From assembly GCA_964244955.1 (NCBI GenBank), contig CAXTKQ010000001.1:28265-92264 (forward strand): DNA of 64,000 nucleotides, read 5' to 3'. Below are positions 46,080-56,364 of the stretch, piece after piece; the first letter of the stretch is position 1; every line of letters begins with the position of its first letter. A program made the position numbers and the translations under genes. Below the pieces are notes generated by a model. The model was not told where the DNA came from and did no database searches. It worked only from the letters and a program-made list of their open reading frames with translations. The stretch comes from an uncultured Sphingobacteriaceae bacterium (GTDB taxonomy: Bacteria; Bacteroidota; Bacteroidia; Sphingobacteriales; Sphingobacteriaceae).

Positions 46080-47219
46080 TTAACAGTATGACTTTTGCTC
46101 TGCTTTTAATATTTGAAATTCCGGTATTGTCGAAAATAAATCTCCAGGTATAGAATTTATTTTAGTTGTAATGGCCTTAATTGCTTCTTCGGATTGGTCA
46201 ATTCCTATCCAATTTCGGCCATTTACTTGTGCTGCTTTTAAAGTAGTTCCAGAACCTGCAAAACAATCTAATACTATACTATTCTTGTTAGATGAAGTTT
46301 TGATAATTAAATCCAAAAGGCTAAAGTTTTTTTCGGTTGGATAAGATGGGTATTGCGGGTCTTTAAATTCCCAAATATCCTGCATTCTTTTGCCTTCCTG
46401 TTCTTCAAAAAAAATTTTTTTTCTTGGGTTTCCTTTATCGCTCCATTCAATAAGACCTTCGCTATCAAGTTTCTCCAATACTTTTACTTCACTACGCCAG
46501 TGTCTGCCTTTTGGTGGCAGTATTCCCTTAAACTCTTGTGCTGTTTTGCCATTTAAAGTTTCGCCAGGTGCATGTAAAGGTATGGTTGTATAACGGCGTC
46601 CATCTGTATCAACCTTTGCAAATAATTTCAATTTATCTTCTTCTGTGTAATTTACTTTTGGTTCATTCCATATCGGATTGTTTGATTTAGAATAAAATAA
46701 AATAAGATCTTTTATATTTCCATAACCTTTTCGGAAAAAATTTTTAGGATTACATTTTATTCTTGTTATATCGTTTCTAAAATTTTCAATTCCAAAAACT
46801 TCATCCATAATTACTTTAATATAATGACCAATTTTGTAATCAATATGAAGGTAAATAGAGCCTTGATCGGATAAAAGTATTTTTAACAATACAAGCCTTT
46901 CTCTGATAAATTCTAAAAAAGCTTCACCTTTTAACTTGTCGGTGTAAGCAAGATTGCCATTAGAACTGTTACTAATTGTTGATGCCCTTCCAGCCGAAAT
47001 AGTAAATGTATTATTGGTAGCAAATGGCGGATCAATGTAAATCAAATCTATTTTCCCTGCTAAATTACAATCATTAATCAAATACTTTAACGCCGAAAGG
47101 TTTTCGGCATTAATGAGTAGATTTTTAATATTTTTATTTACATTGTTGGTGAGTTTAATAGGTGTTATTTTATCAAAAATTTCTTTTTCAGTTTGTTTGT
47201 TTTTATATTGTAAACGCAT
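46080..47219 (-). CDS. Beta-class N6A/N4C DNA methyltransferase (N6_N4_Mtase type)
   Basis: Motif IV (IDLIYIDPPF) lies near the N-terminus and motif I (VLDCFAGSGTT) near the C-terminus. DPPF favours N6-adenine. Confidence 0.88.
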   Translation of the reverse strand: MRLQYKNKQTEKEIFDKITPIKLTNNVNKNIKNLLINAENLSALKYLINDCNLAGKIDLIYIDPPFATNNTFTISAGRASTISNSSNGNLAYTDKLKGEAFLEFIRERLVLLKILLSDQGSIYLHIDYKIGHYIKVIMDEVFGIENFRNDITRIKCNPKNFFRKGYGNIKDLILFYSKSNNPIWNEPKVNYTEEDKLKLFAKVDTDGRRYTTIPLHAPGETLNGKTAQEFKGILPPKGRHWRSEVKVLEKLDSEGLIEWSDKGNPRKKIFFEEQEGKRMQDIWEFKDPQYPSYPTEKNFSLLDLIIKTSSNKNSIVLDCFAGSGTTLKAAQVNGRNWIGIDQSEEAIKAITTKINSIPGDLFSTIPEFQILKAEQKSYC

Positions 47220-47221
47220 AT

Positions 47222-48004
47222 TTAAATTTGATAAAGAAATTCGCGCAGAACCAAACTACTTAGTATATTATATTCAGAATAAGTAGTTGTAATGGCATTG
47301 TACATTTTGTTGTTACCTTTTATAAATAAAACTCCATCCAAAATTGCAATCTTAATTGCATTTACACCTTCTGCTTGTACAGTACTAATTGCATCATTAA
47401 ATTGTGCGTTTTGGTGTCCGCCAAAATCTGTTAAAAATTTCGCTTCACCAATAACGTACTTTCCATTAAAACGTCCTATAAAATCAAGACCTTTATCGTG
47501 ATGGTAGTTAAGATGGGTTTTTGCAAAATCCATTAACTGTGCATCGCTTCCTCTCAAAATTGCGTTTTCATTTGTTGCCATAAATTGTTCTATTCCAACT
47601 GGCAGAATGCCTAATACACCTTTATCAATCCATCGTTTAAAGAAAGGCCCAATTTGTCTGTTGGTTTCTTTAGGTTCTGTGCACCGGGTGTATATTATTT
47701 CTAAACCCATTTCATAAAGTCGTCCACTTATACGGTTTACAGTTTGCGGATTACGTTCGATTGCAGCTTTATCTCTTCTTAAATAAGCTATGTAGCTGTC
47801 TTTTATCGGAAATAAATCGAGTTTAATTAGCTCTTTAAGTAAATCATGATTATTGCTGTTATTAAAAGCAGTTTCAATATTTGCCCAACGGGCAGCATTA
47901 ATTTCCCTAATGCCTTCGGGTATAGTAGGATAAACCTGAAACAAATCATCCAAATAACTCCTTTGATTTGCGTATTCAATACTTAATTCCGTCCAATAAT
48001 TCAT
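47222..48004 (-). CDS. Putative type II restriction endonuclease (PD-(D/E)xK candidate)
   Basis: 260 aa, with its stop 2 nt before the MTase start. The candidate catalytic motif is GLDFIGRFNGKYVIGEAKF, and the composition matches the MTase gene. Confidence 0.6.
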   Translation of the reverse strand: MNYWTELSIEYANQRSYLDDLFQVYPTIPEGIREINAARWANIETAFNNSNNHDLLKELIKLDLFPIKDSYIAYLRRDKAAIERNPQTVNRISGRLYEMGLEIIYTRCTEPKETNRQIGPFFKRWIDKGVLGILPVGIEQFMATNENAILRGSDAQLMDFAKTHLNYHHDKGLDFIGRFNGKYVIGEAKFLTDFGGHQNAQFNDAISTVQAEGVNAIKIAILDGVLFIKGNNKMYNAITTTYSEYNILSSLVLREFLYQI

Positions 48005-48113
48005 ATCTCAAAAATATGTTTTTGAGGTGGATTTTTTATCCACATGAAACAGTTGCTCCGGAAGAATAGATTAAACTAATTTCAATACCAATTTTATCCC
48101 CCTAAAAACAGCA

Positions 48114-49136
48114 TCACCCAATCTTCCGGTCATTCCCTTGCCGCTCCACCATCCAGCCCGGATATTCTGCTGGCAAAGCACTTACTTCATTCAATCTTTT
48201 TAGTTCATCTGCGTTTAAAGTGATCTCGGTGGAATGCAAGTTGGATTTTAATTGATCCGGGTTTTTTGCACCGATAATCGTACTGGTTACACCAATTTGC
48301 TGCCTTACCCAGGCCAGCGCAATTTCGGCTGCTTTCACGTCGTATTGCTGTCCGATCTCGTTCAAAACATCAATAATAGCGTAACCTTTTTCTTTGTTTA
48401 CCGGCGGGAAATCAAAACTGTCGCGACGGGAATTTCCGGCTTTTTCGGTTTCCCGTGTGTATTTTCCGGAAAGAAAACCACCAGCCAACGGGCTCCAAGG
48501 CATCACGCCAATATTTTCGGCTTTGGCCAAAGGCAAAATTTCGCGTTCAATATCCCGGCCGGAAAGCGAATAGAAATATTGCATACCCACAAACTTGTTC
48601 CAGCCATGTTTTTCGGCAATGCCCAAAGCTTTCATCACCATCCAGGCCGGCCAATTGCATACGGCTACATAACGCACTTTTCCGGTGAGTACAATATCGT
48701 TTAAGGAGCGCATAATTTCTTCAATCGGCGTTAAAGGGTCAACACCATGAACATATAAAATATCAATATGATCTAATTGCAAACGCTGCAAACTTTCATC
48801 CACAGAAGCAAAAATATGGTAGCGCGATAGGCCTACTTGGTTTTTGCCTTCGCCCATTTTACCACGCACTTTGGTGGCGATAACCAAATCGTTTCGGTTC
48901 AAACCTAAATCTTTAATGGCTTGGCCCAGCATTTTTTCTGATTGGCCGAAAGAGTAAACATTGGCGGTATCAATAAAATTGATGCCTGCATCTACCACTT
49001 GTTTTATCATGTCGTTTGCCCCGGCCTGCTCTACGCCGCCGATAGCCGCCCACATGCCGCCTGAACCAAAAGTCATCGTTCCAAAGCAAATTTCTGAAAC
49101 TAATAAACCTGTATTACTTAAAACGTTGTATTTCAT
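48114..49136 (-). CDS. Aldo/keto reductase
   Basis: CFGTMTFG, IDTANVYSFGQSE, IATKV, and IDILYVHG. The start is moved to the ATG at 49136, because the upstream 41 codons are read-through of a repeat. Confidence 0.88.
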   Translation of the reverse strand: MKYNVLSNTGLLVSEICFGTMTFGSGGMWAAIGGVEQAGANDMIKQVVDAGINFIDTANVYSFGQSEKMLGQAIKDLGLNRNDLVIATKVRGKMGEGKNQVGLSRYHIFASVDESLQRLQLDHIDILYVHGVDPLTPIEEIMRSLNDIVLTGKVRYVAVCNWPAWMVMKALGIAEKHGWNKFVGMQYFYSLSGRDIEREILPLAKAENIGVMPWSPLAGGFLSGKYTRETEKAGNSRRDSFDFPPVNKEKGYAIIDVLNEIGQQYDVKAAEIALAWVRQQIGVTSTIIGAKNPDQLKSNLHSTEITLNADELKRLNEVSALPAEYPGWMVERQGNDRKIG

Positions 49137-49224
49137 GATGCTGTTTTTATCGTATAAAAGTTTAACCTGCCAATGCTTGGTTTTGTTCTGGAAAAGCTTT
49201 CGGCGGTAAGCTATCAGCTTTCGG

Positions 49225-49274
49225 CCATCAACAATTAACCATAATCCATTAACGATCAACTATGAACCACCAAC
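49225..49274. repeat. Second repeat family copy (reverse orientation relative to 32931..32970)
   Basis: CCATCAACAATTAACCATAATCCATTAACGATCAACTATGAACCACCAAC. Confidence 0.65.
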
Positions 49275-49312
49275 GTTAAAACCTATCCGCAAATATTCCG
49301 TTTATTAGCACC

Positions 49313-50353
49313 ATGCAGCAACTCCGTAAACAATTAGATAAAATAGGGCGCGACCCGCAAATTACCGCCAAATCCGTTGGGTTAAGATATGTAAACGATT
49401 CTTCGCCAGGTTATACCCGCGAAAAAGTAGGCGAGGAATATATTTTTAAAGATGCAAAAGGGGCAGTGGTAGAAGATGAAGAGCTGTTGGAACGTTTCCG
49501 CAAACTCATTATTCCGCCCGCTTATACCGATGTAGATGCGGCCGGAAGAAAACAATACCGTTACCATGCCGATTGGAATAAAATCCGTAACCAATCCAAA
49601 TACCACCGCATGGAAGTTTTTGCCAACCACATTCCAAAAATCCGGGAAGTGATAGACCGGGATTTGGCACGAAAAAAATTAGACAAGCAAAAAGTGTTGG
49701 CTTTGGTGGTGCGGGTGATGGAACTGACGCATATCCGCATTGGCAACGAAAACTACCGCGAATTGTACGGCTCTTATGGTTTAACTACATTGAACGATGA
49801 GCACGTAGAAATTGAAGGCGGAACCGTAAAGTTTGGTTTTAAAGGGAAAAAAGGCGTTTACCACGATTTAAAATTAGAAAGTAAAAAGCTGGCCAAGCTC
49901 ATTAAACAATGCCAGGATATTCCCGGCCAGGAACTGTTTCAGTATTATGATGAAGAAGGCAACCCGCAGGATATTAAAAGCGACGATGTAAATACTTACC
50001 TGAAAGAAATAACCGGCGAGGATTTTACGGCAAAAGATTTCAGGACCTGGAGCGGAAGCGTACATGCTTTGTATGCGTTTAAAGCAGCAGGCGGGTTTGA
50101 AACAACCACACAATGCAAAAAAAACATCAAAAATGTTTTGGATGACGTGGCTTTTCATTTAGGCAACACGCGTACGGTTTGCAAAAAATACTACGTCCAT
50201 CCAACCCTAATTAAGAGTTATGAAGAAGGCCGGATCGAGCGTTACTTAGAACAGATCACCGAAGACAAACCGCTTTCTGAACCAGGCTTAAACCAGGCCG
50301 AAAAGGTTTTGCTGGAATTGATCGGCAAGGAGAAAATTGCAGAAGCGTTGTAA
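49313..50353 (+). CDS. DNA topoisomerase IB (poxvirus-like bacterial type)
   Basis: GLRYVNDSSPGY, GRKQYRYH, IRIGNENY, KDFRTWSGS, and the catalytic-Tyr region CKKYYVHP. Confidence 0.85.
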   Translation: MQQLRKQLDKIGRDPQITAKSVGLRYVNDSSPGYTREKVGEEYIFKDAKGAVVEDEELLERFRKLIIPPAYTDVDAAGRKQYRYHADWNKIRNQSKYHRMEVFANHIPKIREVIDRDLARKKLDKQKVLALVVRVMELTHIRIGNENYRELYGSYGLTTLNDEHVEIEGGTVKFGFKGKKGVYHDLKLESKKLAKLIKQCQDIPGQELFQYYDEEGNPQDIKSDDVNTYLKEITGEDFTAKDFRTWSGSVHALYAFKAAGGFETTTQCKKNIKNVLDDVAFHLGNTRTVCKKYYVHPTLIKSYEEGRIERYLEQITEDKPLSEPGLNQAEKVLLELIGKEKIAEAL

Positions 50354-50387
50354 GAGACTGTTTAAATTTATATCATAAAATTTTACA

Positions 50388-50483
50388 ATGCTTCTTTTAT
50401 GCCTATAAATTTGGTGTGGCCAGATATTTAAGAGGCACAAAAACGACAAAAAGACAATGATTTTTATGTGGTAAAAGAAGCAT
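50388..50483. repeat. Inverted doublet of the abundant repeat, 96 bp
   Basis: ATGCTTCTTTTATGCCTATAAATTTGGTGTGG ... ATGATTTTTATGTGGTAAAAGAAGCAT. A further arm ending TAAAAACAGTAT lies at 50533..50544. Confidence 0.85.
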
Positions 50484-50806
50484 GGCAAATAAGTTTAACA
50501 AAATTTAAACAGGTTATAAGAATTTATAGGGGTAAAAACAGTATCTGTATTATTTAGGCTGAAAATAGCTCAAATAAAATTTGTTGTTCTTTTAATCTTT
50601 CGCCACAAAGAATAATTGTAGGCTTTATTTCTGCCAAACACTTTCAAAATTTAACTACTGTTGCTAATAATAAAACGATAAATGCTTTTAAGCATAGATT
50701 TTTCTTTTTTATTAAAAAAATTGTAAAAATTTGATCGCAAATTCAATTTAAACATAACTTTGTTTTAGTTTTAACAAATTTTTAACATTTGTATCCTAAA
50801 ACAAGT

Positions 50807-53800
50807 ATGAAAAAACTTCTATTCTTTCTTTTATCGTTTACGGCTTCGCTAACTGTTTTTGCCCAAAACCGAACGATAACTGGTGTAATAACCGATGCAA
50901 AAGACGGTTCAGGTTTGCCCGGGGTTAGTGTTACCGTAAAAGAAATCCCAACGATAGGGACACAAACAGATGTAAGCGGAAAGTACAGCATTTCTGTTCC
51001 TGCTAATGCCAAAACCCTCATTATAAATTATATCGGGTTCGGTACGCAACAGCTACCCATTACCGGAAGTGTGCTTAATACGGCCATCCGCGAAAATGCA
51101 CAGCAATTATCAGAAGTGGTGGTGGTGGGTTATGGTACGCAAACCCGACAATCGGTAACCGGTTCGATAGCTGGCGTTACGGCAAAAGACATCGCCGAAA
51201 CGCCCGTGCCAAGTGTTGAACAGGCTATCCAGGGCAAAATTCCGGGCGTGGCCATTCAATCCAACAATGGTAAATTAGGGCAGGGGATACAAATACGGGT
51301 AAGGGGCACTTCCTCTTTATCTGCCAGCAACCAGCCTTTGTATGTAGTTGATGGTATCCCGATTACTTCTTCCAGCCAGTCAGGCACAGATGCGCCAACC
51401 AACCCAATAGCCGATATTAATTTTAACGATGTTGAATCATTGGAAGTGTTAAAAGATGCTTCTGCATCAGCTATTTATGGTGCAAGGGCTTCCAACGGTG
51501 TTGTTTTGATCACCACAAAAAAAGGTAGGGCAGGCACGCCGCGCATCAATTTTACGGCCCAATTTGGCGGCAGCCAGCCTTCACGGCACCGCGACTTTTT
51601 AAACGCTTCGCAGTATGTGCAGTTGGAAGAAAGGGCCGGGCTGGGGGCTGCTACACAGGATTTTAACGCCGGTTATTTTTCAACTTTGGCAGATGCACAA
51701 AGCTATTACAAATCCTATGTGGATCGTCGCCTTACACGTTACGCCGCCGGAAGCACCAACTGGCAAACGGCAGCCGTAAACACAGATTGGGAAAAACTTG
51801 CTTTTCAAAAGGCGCCGCAATCGCAATATGATTTAAACCTGTCTGGCGGAACCGATAAAACCACGTATTACATCGGCGGCCAATACTTGAACCAGGATGG
51901 GATTTTGATTGGCAATAATTTTAAAAGATATTCCGGCAGGATCAACCTGGACAGTAAGATGTACAAAAATTTTACGGTGGGCATGAACCTGAGCTTTACC
52001 AGGACGATCAATAACCGTGTATCTAACGATGATGCTTTTTCTACCCCGCTGCAAGTTGTGGCTTTGTCGCCCATTACACCACAATTTGACCCGAGAACAG
52101 GCTTGTTAAGCGGTACTTTGCCAAACGGTGTTTCCAGTACTTCAGCTTTGGGCGGCACGCTGGCCAGTACGTACCCGGTTTATTATAACCCATTGTTAAG
52201 CCTTGGCAATGCTTCTTTTATCACCAATGTTTACCACACTTTAGGCAATGTTTACGGCGACCTTAAAATTGCCAAAGGTTTTTCTTTCCGTACCGAGTTT
52301 GGAATTGACCAGATCAACCAGAACGAAGACAGCTATTACAACAGTTTGACTTTCAGGAATACCGGTACGGCCAATGGTTCCGGCTCAGATGGTTATAACC
52401 AGGTTTTAAACTATACCACCAACAATTACTTTACCTATAAAAACACTTTTGGCGATAACCACATTGTTGATTTTACAGGCGGCATGAGCTACCAACTTTC
52501 GCAAACCAATTATAACCTGGCAACGGGCACACAGTTTCCTTCCGATGCTTACCGCACTATATCTTCGGCCGCGGTAACAACAGGCTCTTCCGGAAGTACA
52601 AATTATAGTTTTGTGGGCTATTTTTTGAGGGGAAATTATGCTTATAAAAACAAATATTTAGTTTCTGCAAGTATCCGCGAAGATGGTTCTTCCCGTTTTG
52701 GCAAAGGCAATAAATATGGCGTTTACCCGGCCGGGTCTATCGGTTGGGTTTTGACAGAAGAAGACTTTTTAAAACCGGTAACTGCTTTAAGCAATTTAAA
52801 AATCAGGTTGAGCTATGGGTTAACCGGCAACGCAGAAATTGCCAATTATGCTGCTTTAGGCTTATTTACCGGTACGGCCAGTTACAACGGCGTTGCCGGC
52901 CAGGCAATTACCCAGATTGCCAACCCAAATTTAAAATGGGAATCTACGGCACAGTTTGATGCCGGTTTAGATTTTGGTTTGTTCAATAACCGTTTGTCCG
53001 GTTCGTTTGATTTTTATCGCAAAAACACTTATGACCTTTTGTTTAATGTAAATGTTCCGGGTACTTCCGGTTTTTCTACGCAATATCAAAATGCAGGCAA
53101 ATTGTACAACCAGGGTTTAGAGTTTGGCTTATCTACACAAAACTTAGTGGGCAAGTTTAAATGGTCAACTTCTGCCAATATCGCTTATAACAAAAACGTG
53201 GTTACCGATGTAGGCGGGCAAATTTTGGGCACCAATGATTTAAACCGTGTACTTGAAGGGCAGCCAATCGGCGTTTTTTACGGAAGGGAATATGCCGGGG
53301 TTGACCCTGCAAACGGCGACGCGATCTATTATTTAAATACCACTAACCCCGACGGAACACGTAACCGCACCACAACCAATAATTACAATGCTGCCCAAAA
53401 CGTAGTGTTGGGAAACCCAACGCCAAAAATCAACTACGGCTTTACCAATAATTTTGCTTATTCGGGCTTTGATCTTTCTGTTACTTTCCAAGGTGTTTAT
53501 GGCAACAAAATTTACAACGGCGGCGGCCAATACATGAGCGCCAATGCCAGCAACGGTTTTGACAACCAGACAACCGACCAGATGAACTACTGGAACAAAC
53601 CGGGCGATATCACCAATGTGCCCGAGCCGCGTTTGTTTCAGGGAAATGGGATTGCAGCTTCCAGCCGTTATTTGTCCAACGGTTCTTATTTAAGGTGTAA
53701 AATTGTTTCTTTCGGTTATAACCTGCCTAAAGAATGGCTTAGCAAAATCAATGTGGCCAGGGCAAGGATTTTTATGAATGCTTATAACCTGTTTTTGGTA

Positions 53801-53929
53801 ACCAAGTATAAAGGCTGGGACCCGGAAGTTAATGCCGATTACCAGGCTTCAAACATCAATTTGGGTGTTGATTTTTATTCGGCACCGCAACCGCGCACCA
53901 TTACTTTTGGTTTAAATATTGGTTTATAA
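50807..53929 (+). CDS. SusC/RagA-family TonB-dependent outer-membrane receptor
   Basis: Signal peptide, ITGVITDAKDGSGLPGVSVTVK, QPLYVVDGIP...VLKDASASAIYGARASNGVVLITTKKG, and a C-terminal ..TFGLNIGL. The start is moved to the ATG at 50807. Confidence 0.9.
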   Translation: MKKLLFFLLSFTASLTVFAQNRTITGVITDAKDGSGLPGVSVTVKEIPTIGTQTDVSGKYSISVPANAKTLIINYIGFGTQQLPITGSVLNTAIRENAQQLSEVVVVGYGTQTRQSVTGSIAGVTAKDIAETPVPSVEQAIQGKIPGVAIQSNNGKLGQGIQIRVRGTSSLSASNQPLYVVDGIPITSSSQSGTDAPTNPIADINFNDVESLEVLKDASASAIYGARASNGVVLITTKKGRAGTPRINFTAQFGGSQPSRHRDFLNASQYVQLEERAGLGAATQDFNAGYFSTLADAQSYYKSYVDRRLTRYAAGSTNWQTAAVNTDWEKLAFQKAPQSQYDLNLSGGTDKTTYYIGGQYLNQDGILIGNNFKRYSGRINLDSKMYKNFTVGMNLSFTRTINNRVSNDDAFSTPLQVVALSPITPQFDPRTGLLSGTLPNGVSSTSALGGTLASTYPVYYNPLLSLGNASFITNVYHTLGNVYGDLKIAKGFSFRTEFGIDQINQNEDSYYNSLTFRNTGTANGSGSDGYNQVLNYTTNNYFTYKNTFGDNHIVDFTGGMSYQLSQTNYNLATGTQFPSDAYRTISSAAVTTGSSGSTNYSFVGYFLRGNYAYKNKYLVSASIREDGSSRFGKGNKYGVYPAGSIGWVLTEEDFLKPVTALSNLKIRLSYGLTGNAEIANYAALGLFTGTASYNGVAGQAITQIANPNLKWESTAQFDAGLDFGLFNNRLSGSFDFYRKNTYDLLFNVNVPGTSGFSTQYQNAGKLYNQGLEFGLSTQNLVGKFKWSTSANIAYNKNVVTDVGGQILGTNDLNRVLEGQPIGVFYGREYAGVDPANGDAIYYLNTTNPDGTRNRTTTNNYNAAQNVVLGNPTPKINYGFTNNFAYSGFDLSVTFQGVYGNKIYNGGGQYMSANASNGFDNQTTDQMNYWNKPGDITNVPEPRLFQGNGIAASSRYLSNGSYLRCKIVSFGYNLPKEWLSKINVARARIFMNAYNLFLVTKYKGWDPEVNADYQASNINLGVDFYSAPQPRTITFGLNIGL

Positions 53930-53945
53930 TACCTCAACATAAACA

Positions 53946-55340
53946 ATGATGAAAAAATTGAACATAAAATATACGGTTTGTACAGGTTTGATGCTTCTTT
54001 TATCGGCCTGTAATAAGCAATTAGATTTAAAACCAACGCAAAGCATCGAAACCAGCCAGGCTTTGTTAACGGCAAAAGATGTACAGATTACCTTGATCGG
54101 TGCTTACAGTAATTTAGCTGCGCTTGATGCAAACGGTGTAGAACATTTGTATAGCGGCTCTGTATTTTTAATGCCAGACCTGTTAGGAACTTCCGGGCAA
54201 AATATTATAGAGTGGACGGGAACGTACCAACAATTAACGGAGATGGCCAACCAGTCAATTACGGTTACCAATAGTTATGTAGCCAATACCTGGCTTACGG
54301 CTTATAACGATATCAACCAGATCAACAATGTACTTTCCGCGTTGGATAAAGTAACGGTTCAAGCCGATAAAGACCGGATAGAAGGCGAAGCCAAGTTTTT
54401 GCGTGGTATGATTTACTTTGATTTGGTAAGGCTTTATGGAAAAGCTTGGAACGATGGCGACCCGAATACCAACCTCGGCGTTCCGATAGTTTTAACGCCG
54501 ACTGCACAAATTGACGCTTCTTCTTATGTTGCCCGTTCTACCGTTGGCCAGGTTTATACACAAGTACTTTCTGATTTGACAACGGCACAAGCCAAGTTAC
54601 CGGCTTCCAACAGTTTTTATGCCAATAAATATTCGGCGGCAGCCTTACTTTCAAGGGTTTATATGCAGAAACTGGACTATGCCAATGCTGCAACCGCTGC
54701 AAATGTGGTTATCAGTTCGGGTGCTTTCGGTTTAATGCCGACTTACGCTGCCGAGTTTCCGTACAGTACAACCGGCCCGGCACATGCTGACAACACTTCC
54801 GAAGATATTTTTGCTGTCCAGATTACTTCGCAACAAGGTGTTAACGCTTTAAACGAATTTTATGGCGGCTCAACATATGGCGGCCGCGGCGATGCTGTCA
54901 TTTCACCTTCTTTTCCTGCCGAATTTGAGCCGGGAGATGCGCGCGGTGCTTTCTTTTATAATGATGGTGGTTCGCTTTATTCCTCTAAGTTTCAAAACCA
55001 ATATGGCAACATTAAAATATTGCGTTTGGCCGAAATGTATTTAAACCGTGCCGAAGCAAATCTGCGTTCAAATACCACTACCGGCGATACGCCTTTAAAC
55101 GATGTCAACAAAATCCGTACACGTGCCGGTTTGGCCCCGCTTGCTTCCGTTACTTTGGCACAGGTTTTAACCGAACGCAGGCACGAGTTGGCTTTTGAAG
55201 GCGGTTTCTTTTTGCACGATGCCAAACGGACGAAGCAAAGCGTAGGCGCGCTCGAATGGAACTCGCCTAAACTAGTGTTTCCCATCCCGCAACGCGAAAC
55301 CATTGCTAACCCCAATTTAAAACAAAATACAGGTTATTGA
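53946..55340 (+). CDS. SusD/RagB-family nutrient-binding lipoprotein
   Basis: Lipobox LLSAC and the RLAEMYLNRAEA, ERRHELAFEG pattern, directly after SusC. Confidence 0.9.
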   Translation: MMKKLNIKYTVCTGLMLLLSACNKQLDLKPTQSIETSQALLTAKDVQITLIGAYSNLAALDANGVEHLYSGSVFLMPDLLGTSGQNIIEWTGTYQQLTEMANQSITVTNSYVANTWLTAYNDINQINNVLSALDKVTVQADKDRIEGEAKFLRGMIYFDLVRLYGKAWNDGDPNTNLGVPIVLTPTAQIDASSYVARSTVGQVYTQVLSDLTTAQAKLPASNSFYANKYSAAALLSRVYMQKLDYANAATAANVVISSGAFGLMPTYAAEFPYSTTGPAHADNTSEDIFAVQITSQQGVNALNEFYGGSTYGGRGDAVISPSFPAEFEPGDARGAFFYNDGGSLYSSKFQNQYGNIKILRLAEMYLNRAEANLRSNTTTGDTPLNDVNKIRTRAGLAPLASVTLAQVLTERRHELAFEGGFFLHDAKRTKQSVGALEWNSPKLVFPIPQRETIANPNLKQNTGY

Positions 55341-55344
55341 TCTG

Positions 55345-55400
55345 ATGCTTTTTTTAGCAGGTAAAAATTGGTATCAAATTTATGCCGATAAAAACAGTAT
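55345..55400. repeat. Mixed inverted doublet (ATGCTTTTTTTA-type arm plus TAAAAACAGTAT-type arm)
   Basis: ATGCTTTTTTTAGCAGGTAAAAATTGGTATCAAATTTATGCCGATAAAAACAGTAT, 5 nt after the SusD stop, followed by the GGCCGG..CCGGCC hairpin at 55401..55423. Confidence 0.75.
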
Positions 55401-55468
55401 GGCCGGAAAAATAGTTACCGGCCGTGCTTTTTTACCGGTAGAAAAACTTTTAAACCCAAACATCGGTC

Positions 55469-56143
55469 TCAGAATTTAAACAGTATTTTTAATCCGGTAA
55501 AGGCAATTTGCAAGCCTACACAAAATATTAAAAAAGCAGAGATACGGTTTACAATATTTTCGCCGTTTTCGCCGAGAAAATTAATCAGCGTTTTGGTGTT
55601 GAAGTAGAAAATGTAAATCAGCGTACACATCACCAATACCGAAACCAGCAAAGCCAGGGTATTGATGAGATAACCGTTCGTGTTGTTGGCCGCACTGTGC
55701 GCGCTTAAGGTAAAAAGTACCGAAATGGTACCTGGGCCGGTGGTGATCGGGAAAGCTATCGGGTAAAAAAGCTTGCTGGCCACTTGCTCATATCCGTCGT
55801 CGGTATTGTTCAATGCTGCATCACTTGGCTGCACTTGTGTTGTTTTATCGGAAGACAAAAACCCCCAACCAATTTTGCAGATCATAATGCCGCCAGCAAG
55901 TTGTATAATGGGTATGGAAATGCCGAAAAGTTTTAAAATCCATTGCCCGGCAAACAACGAAACCATGCAAATCAAAAAAGCATACAAACTTACTTTTTGC
56001 ACCACTTTGCGCTTGTCTTTTTTATGAAGGTTGAGAAAATACGGACTGACGATAAACGCTGAACCAATCGGGTTGATAACCGGGAACAGCGCAATGATAC
56101 CGATAAAAACAAGGTTAATAAATGAATGGTAAAATTCGTCCAT
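55469..56143 (-). CDS. MarC-family (UPF0056) integral membrane protein
   Basis: 224 aa with 6 TM and the INPIGSAFIV, FPITTGPGTIS pattern. Confidence 0.8.
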   Translation of the reverse strand: MDEFYHSFINLVFIGIIALFPVINPIGSAFIVSPYFLNLHKKDKRKVVQKVSLYAFLICMVSLFAGQWILKLFGISIPIIQLAGGIMICKIGWGFLSSDKTTQVQPSDAALNNTDDGYEQVASKLFYPIAFPITTGPGTISVLFTLSAHSAANNTNGYLINTLALLVSVLVMCTLIYIFYFNTKTLINFLGENGENIVNRISAFLIFCVGLQIAFTGLKILFKF

Positions 56144-56305
56144 AAAAGAGGTACTGTTTTAACGTCAGGATGGATAAAGCTAATAGAACATTTTGGTTTT
56201 TAAACCTCTAATTATTTTTTCGTTATAAACCCAACTGGTCAGGATTTGCAAATCCCGGCTTTTGAGCTTAAGGTTTCCTAATCCTTATTTGTGAATTGCC
56301 TAAAA

Positions 56306-56349
56306 AAAAGAAGCATGGCCAGGAGAAACTTCCCGGCCATGCTTCTTTT
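56306..56349 (-). terminator. Hairpin AAAAGAAGCATGGCC..GGCCATGCTTCTTTT built from two inverted copies of the repeat core
   Basis: 15-bp perfect stem and 14-nt loop, 16 nt after the stop of the oxidoreductase gene. Confidence 0.75.
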
Positions 56350-56364
56350 ATGCCTATAATTTCA

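Noticed and set aside
49137-49259. 41-codon N-terminal extension of the aldo-keto reductase (ORF track 48114..49259)
   Set aside because: It is a stop-free read-through of the second repeat family (MIVNGLWLIVDG..). The canonical AKR N-terminus starts at the ATG at 49136.
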